DNA from: a virus
Taxonomy: Duplodnaviria; Caudoviricetes
Virus record (IMG/VR): IMGVR_UViG_3300048999_000018
Location: 1-53,223 of that record
Length of the DNA stretch: 53,223 bases
Reading direction: 5' to 3' (one strand)
Under the pieces are notes generated by a model, which did no database searches, was not told where the DNA came from, and saw only the letters and a program-made list of their open reading frames with translations. A program made the position numbers and the translations under genes. This document shows, one piece after another, positions 8,683-15,862 of the stretch. Each line of letters starts with the position of its first letter. The first letter of the stretch is position 1.

Positions 8683-9110
8683 CCCATCTCCCCCTCGAAG
8701 ATTTCGACGATCTTGTTTGCGGCTTTTACAGCACGTCGATGAGTCTCGTGAAGTCCGTCATCAACGAGGTCAAGCAGGGCATGACGTATGATCTTGTAGA
8801 CTTCCTCGTGCCTGACCTCAGGATCGGTCAGCGTGTCCTGCTCAAAGGCTATCTTGAACGCCTCATTGCGATAGGCCTTGAACGAGCGATCTGTCCGAGT
8901 GACCCAATCGTGGACGAAAGCCTTGTCCCGCTTGACGCCGTTTTTTACGGTCACAGGAACTTCGATGTATGTTTTCAGAACTCCGTCAAAATCGCTTCTC
9001 TTGACGAACCCTTCACACCACTCAGCTATCTCGAAGATGTTCTCGGCGGTCACCTGCATTGCTTCAACCGAGAAAGTCTTACGAGTGAACCTCGTCGATT
9101 CTATTGTCAC
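8679..9110 (-). CDS. Hypothetical protein, 'EA.Q.T.EN' family
   Basis: FTRK.F.VEA.QVTAEN..E.AEWC shared with 8239-8682. Confidence 0.75.
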   Translation of the reverse strand: MTIESTRFTRKTFSVEAMQVTAENIFEIAEWCEGFVKRSDFDGVLKTYIEVPVTVKNGVKRDKAFVHDWVTRTDRSFKAYRNEAFKIAFEQDTLTDPEVRHEEVYKIIRHALLDLVDDGLHETHRRAVKAANKIVEIFEGEMG

Positions 9111-9598
9111 TTCTCCCCCTGAAGAAGATCCATGATGTCACCGGCGGTTTGATCAGCAATCCTCGACACAGACAACGGACTGCACTTGTCTTCTTCGTTC
9201 ACGTCCATCTCTTGCTTGACCATGAGCGCCGACTTCACGAACATGAATACTTTCGAGCGCAAAACAGCAGTCTTCTCGTCGCTTGGCATACTGGCCTTCT
9301 TGACCAGCCAAGCGCTTTTGAAACCCATCATCCGCTGCTTCTTGGTGCCGTCCTCGTACTCGGCGATGAACACCACGGTGGTACCATCCGAGATCACGTG
9401 AGATACCGTGGCCCAACGGTTCCTCTCAAGGATGCGGTCCATCTCCCAGTCGAGGTCAGTTTCCTTGACAGCGAAACGATTGTTGGGATCGGCGATGAGA
9501 ACAACCATCCCGTTCTTGATCGCCCCGCCGTTGGGAAGCATGTCCTCGGTCTCCGGGTCCATCTGATAGTACTTCGCAACGATGTTCTGCTCAGTCAT
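9107..9598 (-). CDS. Hypothetical protein
   Basis: 163-aa ORF, AAGGA RBS, GTGA overlap with the next gene. Confidence 0.7.
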   Translation of the reverse strand: MTEQNIVAKYYQMDPETEDMLPNGGAIKNGMVVLIADPNNRFAVKETDLDWEMDRILERNRWATVSHVISDGTTVVFIAEYEDGTKKQRMMGFKSAWLVKKASMPSDEKTAVLRSKVFMFVKSALMVKQEMDVNEEDKCSPLSVSRIADQTAGDIMDLLQGEK

Positions 9599-9636
9599 GA
9601 TGATCCTTTTGTTTTGGTGTGTGGGTGTTTGTTCGT

Positions 9637-9837
9637 TTATCTACGAGCATGTCGGGCCCGTTTAATAGGCTCTGAACGTAATTCAGTTTTTGTCTGCAGG
9701 TAAATCGGGCATGCGTTATAGGAATTTATCGCGTTATGAGCCTTCTTGTCGGCCCACGTAGCCGTGACGACGTCAATTGCGACGGCTATCAGCACAACGC
9801 ATAATGAAGTCACAACTATGAAGACCAACAAGCCCAT
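9637..9837 (-). CDS. Small membrane protein
   Basis: MGLLVFIVVTSLCVVLIAVAI hydrophobic N-terminus. Confidence 0.5.
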   Translation of the reverse strand: MGLLVFIVVTSLCVVLIAVAIDVVTATWADKKAHNAINSYNACPIYLQTKTELRSEPIKRARHARR

Positions 9838-9850
9838 TATTAACCCTTTC

Positions 9851-9976
9851 TTACTTGCGGAAGAATTTCCGCTCATCCAAATAGGCATAAGCTTCTACCG
9901 AAGCCATACCAAGCACGAGCCCCACGATCACGCCAAATATGCAACCGAGGGGCACAAACCAAATGCTGACTAACAC
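9851..9976 (-). CDS. 41-aa membrane peptide (not in ORF track)
   Basis: MLVSIWFVPLGCIFGVIVGLVLGMASVEAYAYLDERKFFRK; GTG abuts the upstream TAA. Confidence 0.5.
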   Translation of the reverse strand: MLVSIWFVPLGCIFGVIVGLVLGMASVEAYAYLDERKFFRK

Positions 9977-10084
9977 TTACTCGTCGTCCTTAATGATCGA
10001 TTCGACAGCCTTGGACGTTCCGAAGACGTATCCGAATATCACACCGACGAGCATGATCGTTGCTCCTGCGATGAGCATCTTCAC
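9977..10084 (-). CDS. 35-aa membrane peptide (not in ORF track)
   Basis: MKMLIAGATIMLVGVIFGYVFGTSKAVESIIKDDE; GTGA overlap. Confidence 0.55.
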   Translation of the reverse strand: MKMLIAGATIMLVGVIFGYVFGTSKAVESIIKDDE

Positions 10085-10164
10085 TTGTTCTTCTTCCCCC
10101 AGTAGTAACCGACAATGAGCCCTAGTATAGCGCTAAGAGCTCCTCCTGCCATAACCCCAAACAT
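10081..10164 (-). CDS. 27-aa membrane peptide (not in ORF track)
   Basis: MFGVMAGGALSAILGLIVGYYWGKKNK; TGATG overlap with the SSB stop. Confidence 0.5.
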   Translation of the reverse strand: MFGVMAGGALSAILGLIVGYYWGKKNK

Positions 10165-10760
10165 CATCCACGTCCGCGGGGAAGCGCTCGCTGGTCGGCG
10201 TTGATCATCTTGTGGTACTCGGCCTCGTCCGGGTCGTCGTACTCGTCCACCACTTCACCGTCGACGACGTTCGGGTCATCACCCGGAGGCAGAGCATTCT
10301 CGTCCTCAAGGTGGGCGTACTTCAGATCGAGCTCATCCTCATGAATGGTGGCGTAGATCGTCTTGAGGTAGGCGGATCGACCGGTCTCACCATTCACGTC
10401 CCAGTCGTAAGGACGGAGCATGATGTCGACAGTCTCAAGCTCGGCATAGTCCATGAGTTCTGCCATGTCCTCATCCAGAACGTTGCGACGGTTCTTGGAC
10501 TTGGTGATGAGGACCAGACGCGGCTTCGTACGGCCCTTGTAGCTGACGGTGACCTTCAGGCTCAGGTCGCCCGGCACATCGTCCTCACGGGGCTTCAGGC
10601 GCTTCACGTTCCAGCCGTCGTCAAGCATCTTCTGACCGGTCTCCTCATCGAGGATCACAGTGAAGTTCCGCTTCCCCTGAGCGTTGTAGAGACGCTCCTC
10701 GCCGGCGAAGTTCCGGAAGATTATCCGGACATCCTCAAGAAGTACGGTGTTGTCAGCCAT
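10164..10760 (-). CDS. Putative single-stranded DNA-binding protein
   Basis: FRNFAG...N..GKRNF OB-fold-like N-terminus, W..NG..G.SAYLK, acidic C-terminal tail; start set at MADNT. Confidence 0.7.
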   Translation of the reverse strand: MADNTVLLEDVRIIFRNFAGEERLYNAQGKRNFTVILDEETGQKMLDDGWNVKRLKPREDDVPGDLSLKVTVSYKGRTKPRLVLITKSKNRRNVLDEDMAELMDYAELETVDIMLRPYDWDVNGETGRSAYLKTIYATIHEDELDLKYAHLEDENALPPGDDPNVVDGEVVDEYDDPDEAEYHKMINADQRALPRGRG

Positions 10761-11079
10761 TCTTGTTCTCCTCATCGTTCACAGAGTCGGTGATCATACG
10801 AAACGAAACACCAGCTTCTGCGAGTTTGTCAATGACTGCTTGCGCTTCATCTTGACTCAGGTCAAACGAGTCTTCGAGAACCAAACGAACTTGATGATGA
10901 AGCTCTAGCATTTTTGAAGCCTCACATGAATCATTCCCGGTATCGAAGAAGTGTTTTGCTGCTTCAGAGAACACCTTATGATCATACGATGCCATGTAGC
11001 TCAAAGTAGGGCTGAAGAATATCGATCCGTACTTCGGCCTGAACCCCAGACAGTATACCAATCGTCGTATGTGTTTCAC
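10753..11079 (-). CDS. Hypothetical protein
   Basis: 108-aa ORF, AAGGAG RBS. Confidence 0.6.
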   Translation of the reverse strand: MKHIRRLVYCLGFRPKYGSIFFSPTLSYMASYDHKVFSEAAKHFFDTGNDSCEASKMLELHHQVRLVLEDSFDLSQDEAQAVIDKLAEAGVSFRMITDSVNDEENKNG

Positions 11080-11082
11080 GCA

Positions 11083-11298
11083 TTACTCCTTGCGGCCGAA
11101 ATGCTTGTTTGCGCAGCAGATACAATCATCACGTTCGACAACCAGAGTTATGCGCTCATTGCCTTGAGGATGCATCAGACAATCCCAGCACAAGGCGTCA
11201 AATGACTTCTGGCACCAGCAATTCCCGAACATATGTGCTGCCCAGGAATGAATGCCGAGCAGATGACCTATCCACCCGGCACGCCACGGCTTCTTCAT
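11083..11298 (-). CDS. Cys/His-rich hypothetical protein
   Basis: 71 aa with CWC, CWDC and CICC motifs. Confidence 0.55.
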   Translation of the reverse strand: MKKPWRAGWIGHLLGIHSWAAHMFGNCWCQKSFDALCWDCLMHPQGNERITLVVERDDCICCANKHFGRKE

Positions 11299-11571
11299 CT
11301 ACTGCGTCCCGTACAAGAGGGATTCGTAGAACTTGAACTGCTGCTCGGTGTTCTCTTCGAGCTTCGCCTTGAGCTCCTTGACAGGAAGCGGACTGGCGAT
11401 GATCTGGTTCTTGAAACCCAGCGAAAACTCAGTCACCGGAGTGTCGGGAGTCTCTATGAACCTCGGCTCAGTGACGGTCATGCTGATGATCTTCTCGCCG
11501 ATCATCTCGGCATTGCCCACAACCTTGCGGACACCGTTCTTATAGACTACGAGTGGAACCTGTCTGCTCAT
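11299..11571 (-). CDS. Hypothetical protein, 'R.VPL...G.AE' family
   Basis: Start MSRQVPL after GGGGAG; similar to 14068-14256 and 14815-14994. Confidence 0.6.
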   Translation of the reverse strand: MSRQVPLVVYKNGVRKVVGNAEMIGEKIISMTVTEPRFIETPDTPVTEFSLGFKNQIIASPLPVKELKAKLEENTEQQFKFYESLLYGTQ

Positions 11572-11785
11572 TGTTCTCCCCCTCAATACTGGAAGCCTCG
11601 TTGCCCCAGTACCCATCCCAATATGCTTCGAGTATGTCCTCGCGGAAATCGGTGCCGAAAGAGAAAGGAGCGAGTATGTCGCCCAAGCTCTGTTTGGCGT
11701 TTTCGCTTTCTTCGAAAAGATTGTTGGAGAGAAGAGCCGCGACATGTTTCCCCAGCTGTCGGGCATCCTCTACTGACTTTGACAT
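11540..11785 (-). CDS. Hypothetical protein
   Basis: 81-aa ORF; ATG abuts the upstream TAG. Confidence 0.55.
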   Translation of the reverse strand: MSKSVEDARQLGKHVAALLSNNLFEESENAKQSLGDILAPFSFGTDFREDILEAYWDGYWGNEASSIEGENNEQTGSTRSL

Positions 11786-11932
11786 CTACTTCTCCGGCTC
11801 TGTCTCCTCTACGGGGATCCCCTGGTCATAGATAATGGCATCTACGTCGTTGCCATCGTCGCTGATCTCTACTGAACCCATCAGATACTTCTGGCCCTTG
11901 TAGACCGTGTACAGCGGTTCTCTTTGGCCCAC
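11786..11932 (-). CDS. 48-aa hypothetical protein (not in ORF track)
   Basis: MGQREPLYTVYKGQKYLMGSVEISDDGNDVDAIIYDQ..., GAGGAG RBS. Confidence 0.55.
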   Translation of the reverse strand: MGQREPLYTVYKGQKYLMGSVEISDDGNDVDAIIYDQGIPVEETEPEK

Positions 11933-11934
11933 AA

Positions 11935-12195
11935 CTACTCCTCAATGAGATCGTAACGGGCGTCAAATCTCTTCGGGTCTAGAACCTTCAATTCGCCCTT
12001 GGTATTTTTGATAATCCAATTGGTGATATGTGCATTTCGATCCCCGAATGGAGTTGCGACAATCAACCAATTTGGATTATTCTCAGTTGGACCATAAATA
12101 TCGTCTGCGCCGAGAGTTTCCCAGATTATATCGAGATTGTGACCATTGTACTGAACAGCCTCAACGATTACTGGCTTTTCCTTGTACTTAGCCAT
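11935..12195 (-). CDS. Hypothetical protein, 'YK.KPV.VEAVQ...WIIK' phage domain
   Basis: Motif pattern common in phage small proteins; related to the 6224/8239/8679 family. Confidence 0.7.
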   Translation of the reverse strand: MAKYKEKPVIVEAVQYNGHNLDIIWETLGADDIYGPTENNPNWLIVATPFGDRNAHITNWIIKNTKGELKVLDPKRFDARYDLIEE

Positions 12196-12475
12196 ACATT
12201 CCCTCCCGGTCCATCACTACAAAGTCGTTGATGAGTGTGTAGGTGTCGATGCGCGTTTTGTGGCTTTTGGTGTTGTGACTGACTTGATAGAGCTTACCGT
12301 CCATCTGAGAGACACTCACGACCGCGTGCCAACCGGCTTTGGTCCAGGAATACCAGACAACAGTGATGTCTTCGAGTATGACCCAGTCATCGACGGTTTC
12401 GGTGTACGCCCCATTGACGTACCGTCGGATTAACTTCTTGGCGACGTCGATGCATGCGAATGCTTCGGTGGCCAT
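12188..12475 (-). CDS. DUF6275-like protein (divergent copy)
   Basis: VVWYS....W.A.VS....G..Y.V..N......ID.Y pattern shared with the C-terminus of 12504-13286. Confidence 0.6.
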   Translation of the reverse strand: MATEAFACIDVAKKLIRRYVNGAYTETVDDWVILEDITVVWYSWTKAGWHAVVSVSQMDGKLYQVSHNTKSHKTRIDTYTLINDFVVMDREGMYG

Positions 12476-12503
12476 GAGTGCCCCTCAGTAGAACGGTGGT
12501 GTG

Positions 12504-13286
12504 CTAATCAGGAATACAGACGTTTGCGGTCTTCACGTACGCATCGAGGTAGGTCTCTCGCTTGTCGCCGTTATACGTGACCTCGTAGTACATGCGGTCC
12601 TCGATCGTCGTGCAGACCATTGCCTTCCAGTTCTGCAGCGTCTTGCTATACCACACGACGAAGAGCTCATAGGCCGGCTTCTCGCTGTAGCCGATGTATC
12701 CCTTGTCGATGTGGTCCTTGACGATCCGTATGGCCTTCGTCTGGTAGTTCTCCGGAGATCCGGTCTTGTACAGAGACTCGGAGGCGATGGGCTCGATTCG
12801 AGCAACCCCAACTACAGGAGGCTTTCGGCTCTCGTCCAAGCAGAAACCACATCCAAGCTGACCTTGCGGAGCGTGAAACTGGTGAGCATCCGCGTCCCAA
12901 ACAAGCATCGTTCCTTCAGGATAAGGCTTGTACATTGCCGCTTCTATCGAGCATGGGCCGCATAGACCAGGACCACCACACCTCGCCACCGCGTTGGGCT
13001 TGTTGGTCATGACAGTTCCAGTGACGTGATGTCCGTGCTTCGTGTACGCCATGGCGTCGTTTGCTCTCTGCTCGATCACGGATAGGGCGGGAAAGTTCCG
13101 GATGATCTCTGGCGGAATTTCGACGACCTTCTTCTTGCCCCACCAAGTTCGTTTCGGGCGGTTGATGACTGAGGCTTCGACTATGGGGTCTCCATAGGTT
13201 TCACCATCGAGATCGATCGGCGTGGCCATCATGCTCCTTAAATGCTCACCGTACATTTTGCCGTCGAGGAAGGGCGGAGAATACAT
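12504..13286 (-). CDS. Multi-domain protein with C-terminal DUF6275-like domain
   Basis: VVWYSKTLQNWKAMV.TT..D.MYYEVTYNGDK.ETYLDAY.K; central RCGGPGLCGPC and CGFC Cys motifs. Confidence 0.7.
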   Translation of the reverse strand: MYSPPFLDGKMYGEHLRSMMATPIDLDGETYGDPIVEASVINRPKRTWWGKKKVVEIPPEIIRNFPALSVIEQRANDAMAYTKHGHHVTGTVMTNKPNAVARCGGPGLCGPCSIEAAMYKPYPEGTMLVWDADAHQFHAPQGQLGCGFCLDESRKPPVVGVARIEPIASESLYKTGSPENYQTKAIRIVKDHIDKGYIGYSEKPAYELFVVWYSKTLQNWKAMVCTTIEDRMYYEVTYNGDKRETYLDAYVKTANVCIPD

Positions 13287-13287
13287 G

Positions 13288-13590
13288 TTAGCCGCCGAGA
13301 CCCAGATAGATCGCCCGTGCGAGATCGTCGACCTGTTCCTTAGTGGGCTCCATCATCAGCTGGGAGTGCTGAATGTCCCGAACACGAGATACTACATCAG
13401 CGGTGTGATGGTTCAGTATCTCCTGATGCCGCTCGTTGATCTCCCTGTAAGCATTTTTGGTTGCTTCACGACGCAACTTCTGCTGCTCGTGGTCCCACTC
13501 CTGAGACAGAAGTCCATCGGCCTTCACCTCTGCGAGGAACTTCTCTCGCTTGGCCAGAGCTGCCGCACGCTTCTGCTTCTTCGTTGCCAT
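13288..13590 (-). CDS. Hypothetical helical protein
   Basis: 100-aa ORF, TAATG coupling. Confidence 0.65.
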   Translation of the reverse strand: MATKKQKRAAALAKREKFLAEVKADGLLSQEWDHEQQKLRREATKNAYREINERHQEILNHHTADVVSRVRDIQHSQLMMEPTKEQVDDLARAIYLGLGG

Positions 13591-13742
13591 TACTCCCCAG
13601 CTTTCATTTCAATCACGGCAACGCGTCCGTCACTCAACGCGAAGAATGAATACTTTTTGTCAGGCTCAGTCTCGGGGAGAACCGTGATGACTACTTCTCC
13701 CTCGTTCAAGAGATCTTGAAGTTCATCTGGAATCGCATCCAT
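13590..13742 (-). CDS. Hypothetical protein, 'VLP....Y....DGRVA' family
   Basis: Start MDAIP at a TGATG overlap. Confidence 0.55.
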   Translation of the reverse strand: MDAIPDELQDLLNEGEVVITVLPETEPDKKYSFFALSDGRVAVIEMKAGE

Positions 13743-14050
13743 CAGTTCTCCTTGTAATAGTCGGCGTGACAACTGCAGCCATACTTCTTTGCGAATTCCT
13801 GACAGACCTGATGATTCTCACCACCATCACGATGAATCGCAGGCAAATCATGGTCGGTGCACCAAGGGTGATAACTCGCATGAGCTTTCCCGAAATCCAA
13901 CGCACAGTACTCAACCACCTCGATCAATTCACTCGGTTGAGCAAAGGTTACTTTTGCTGGTTTACCGGCCTCAACCTCGAGCTTAACCAAAACGAACCAA
14001 TGACCGAGAATATCGACTTCATCGCCCATTTTCAGTTCGATTCGAGCCAT
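13742..14050 (-). CDS. Hypothetical protein with Cys/His-rich C-terminus
   Basis: 102-aa ORF, GGGGGAG RBS. Confidence 0.6.
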   Translation of the reverse strand: MARIELKMGDEVDILGHWFVLVKLEVEAGKPAKVTFAQPSELIEVVEYCALDFGKAHASYHPWCTDHDLPAIHRDGGENHQVCQEFAKKYGCSCHADYYKEN

Positions 14051-14067
14051 TTCTCCCCCTGGGATTT

Positions 14068-14256
14068 TTAGTTCACTACGCCGTCGAATACCAGCGCAGT
14101 GAATGATTCAGCTTTGCTCTCGGTGAGGTTGAAGACAATGTCGGGGTCAGTGATTACGAAAGTTACTTTCTCGTAGTCATCAATGACGGCTTCGCCAATC
14201 TTCTGAGTTCTACTTGCCCGATGAATTATCAGCGGAACTTTCCGGCTCACTCTCAC
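14068..14256 (-). CDS. Hypothetical protein, 'R.VPL...G.AE' family
   Basis: Close paralogue of 14815-14994. Confidence 0.65.
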   Translation of the reverse strand: MRVSRKVPLIIHRASRTQKIGEAVIDDYEKVTFVITDPDIVFNLTESKAESFTALVFDGVVN

Positions 14257-14395
14257 TCCTCACAATCATTACTCCGAGATAACCGCTGTCTTGTTCCTTG
14301 GCGAGCTCGTACTTGAGCCCCTCGGGAAGAGGCGGCAGAACGATATACATCGCTCCAACGAGATCTTCAGCACGTCGAGGCCAATTAGAAACCAC
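14210..14395 (-). CDS. Hypothetical protein, 'VLP.LP.G..YEL' family
   Basis: YIVLPPLPEGLKYEL similar to 15097-15261. Confidence 0.55.
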   Translation of the reverse strand: MVSNWPRRAEDLVGAMYIVLPPLPEGLKYELAKEQDSGYLGVMIVRSESEPESSADNSSGK

Positions 14396-14403
14396 TATCT
14401 CTC

Positions 14404-14640
14404 CTAAAGAATTCGCCAGATATCTGGGTTCTTCGGGTCAAGATCGGCTATCTTGTTTTTGAATGAGTTATACACAGCAGCATTCTGAGCTACGAACTCA
14501 GACCAGGGCATTGATTCTTCGTGCATTGAGGCAAATTCCTCATATACGCATTTACCCATGAGATTGCCACCGAGGAGACGAGTTTCCGGACAAGCCAGTC
14601 CCTCGCCTTCCTCAGCGCCGTGATTGTGTACTTGTGTCAT
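14404..14640 (-). CDS. Hypothetical protein
   Basis: Start set at MTQVHNHG after GAGGGA. Confidence 0.55.
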   Translation of the reverse strand: MTQVHNHGAEEGEGLACPETRLLGGNLMGKCVYEEFASMHEESMPWSEFVAQNAAVYNSFKNKIADLDPKNPDIWRIL

Positions 14641-14653
14641 GCCAGAGGATCCC

Positions 14654-14815
14654 TCAGATGAAGTGAATTTTGAGCTTGGAGGGACCTGCATCTCCAGCGA
14701 TGAGATCATCAAGATCGTTCGTCAATCCGAGATCACCTTCCTCGGAATTCTCCGGATCGTTGATCAACCCACCATCTTCATCGTTGAAGAGGTTTTCCAA
14801 TCCGTAGATCCCCAT
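14654..14815 (-). CDS. 53-aa acidic peptide (not in ORF track)
   Basis: MGIYGLENLFNDEDGGLINDPENSEEGDLGLTNDLDDLIAGDAGPSKLKIHFI; TGATG coupling. Confidence 0.5.
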   Translation of the reverse strand: MGIYGLENLFNDEDGGLINDPENSEEGDLGLTNDLDDLIAGDAGPSKLKIHFI

Positions 14816-14994
14816 CAGAGAACCGCCTCGAAGGTGACGATGGTCATCGCGTCGGCTTCGCTCTCAGTGATCTGGTTGATGAGAGACTCGTCCGTAATCG
14901 TGATGGTCACCCTCTCGTAGTTGTCGACCTCTGCTTCCCCGATGATTGTCTTCTCTTCGTCGTCATAAGAGACGAGAGGGATTTTCCTGCCCAT
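14815..14994 (-). CDS. Hypothetical protein, 'R.VPL...G.AE' family
   Basis: Start MGRKIPL after AGGAGG. Confidence 0.65.
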   Translation of the reverse strand: MGRKIPLVSYDDEEKTIIGEAEVDNYERVTITITDESLINQITESEADAMTIVTFEAVL

Positions 14995-15023
14995 TGTTCC
15001 TCCTAGAATGTTTTGTGCTGATG

Positions 15024-15083
15024 CAACCAACAAGCCCGAGATATCTGCGCGGCTCCTCTATTGGAGTACACAAACATCTCGGG
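15024..15083 (-). terminator. Intergenic hairpin (terminator or processing site)
   Basis: GCCCGAGAT/ATCTCGGGC arms with an inner CTCC/GGAG stem. Confidence 0.45.
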
Positions 15084-15096
15084 CAAAGTGGTTCCG

Positions 15097-15261
15097 TCAA
15101 CTGACAACGTAAATGGCAACTCTTCCGTCAGCCAAATCTCTGAGTTCGTATCTCTGTCCGTTCGGAAGCGCCGGAAGAACAGAGTAGAGCTTGTTGCCTT
15201 CCGCTACAGAAGCTTTATGAATCGCTTCTGTCCGCTCGTTGTTCTCGAATATGTTGCTCAT
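15097..15261 (-). CDS. 54-aa hypothetical protein (not in ORF track)
   Basis: MSNIFENNE...LYSVLPALPNGQRYELRDLADGRVAIYVVS; paralogue of 13590-13742 and 14210-14395. Confidence 0.6.
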   Translation of the reverse strand: MSNIFENNERTEAIHKASVAEGNKLYSVLPALPNGQRYELRDLADGRVAIYVVS

Positions 15262-15265
15262 GATC

Positions 15266-15445
15266 TCAGCTTCCATCCCAGAACATGAGAGGACCGATGT
15301 GGAAACCAGGAGTCGTTTCGAGACGACCTACAAGCGTGTAGTGGGTCCAACTGGACAACTTCCACCAGCGTTCTCCATGGAACACAGCGATGGCGAAACG
15401 GCGATTGCCTATCTGAACTTTTGCTGCTCGGATATAGATCTTCAC
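15266..15445 (-). CDS. 59-aa hypothetical protein (not in ORF track)
   Basis: MKIYIRAAKVQIGNRRFAIAVFHGERWWK...; GTGA overlap with the stop at 15442, AAGGAG RBS. Confidence 0.5.
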   Translation of the reverse strand: MKIYIRAAKVQIGNRRFAIAVFHGERWWKLSSWTHYTLVGRLETTPGFHIGPLMFWDGS

Positions 15446-15672
15446 GCCACGAACTCCTTATCGAACTTATGTACTTCATCCCGAGGAACATAGATTGTGA
15501 TTACGTCTTCGGGATTCCTGTTCGATTCCGTTTCGTTGTCTTCTCGACGATACATATGTCCTACGGCCCGATTACAATCAGACCATGGCGAAACAGCATC
15601 TGAAAGACCGTAGGATTCTGCTCCGAAGACTTCGATAGGTACGAGCACTACCTTGATCAAGTCCTCGTTCAC
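15442..15672 (-). CDS. Hypothetical protein
   Basis: 76 aa, GTGA coupling. Confidence 0.6.
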   Translation of the reverse strand: MNEDLIKVVLVPIEVFGAESYGLSDAVSPWSDCNRAVGHMYRREDNETESNRNPEDVITIYVPRDEVHKFDKEFVA

Positions 15673-15854
15673 GTTGCGAACTCACCCTTTGCGTTCGGAG
15701 ACCGATCTTCGGTGTGATTAGGACACCAAACGACGCCGTTTCCTTGTAGGAACCATCCGATGCGGTTTTCTTTTGCGCTCCCAAGCTTTTTGGGAATGAA
15801 TCTTTTACCGCATCCGGTGTGAGCACAGGGTCTCGAACCTCTCAGATAAGGCAT
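15669..15854 (-). CDS. Small Zn-binding-like protein
   Basis: CAHTGC...GW......WCPNH pattern. Confidence 0.55.
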   Translation of the reverse strand: MPYLRGSRPCAHTGCGKRFIPKKLGSAKENRIGWFLQGNGVVWCPNHTEDRSPNAKGEFAT

Positions 15855-15862
15855 CGCATTTC

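Noticed and set aside
15090-15445. Apparent non-coding gap with short hairpins as a large ncRNA
   Set aside because: Filled by two sub-60-aa ORFs, one a clear paralogue of nearby genes
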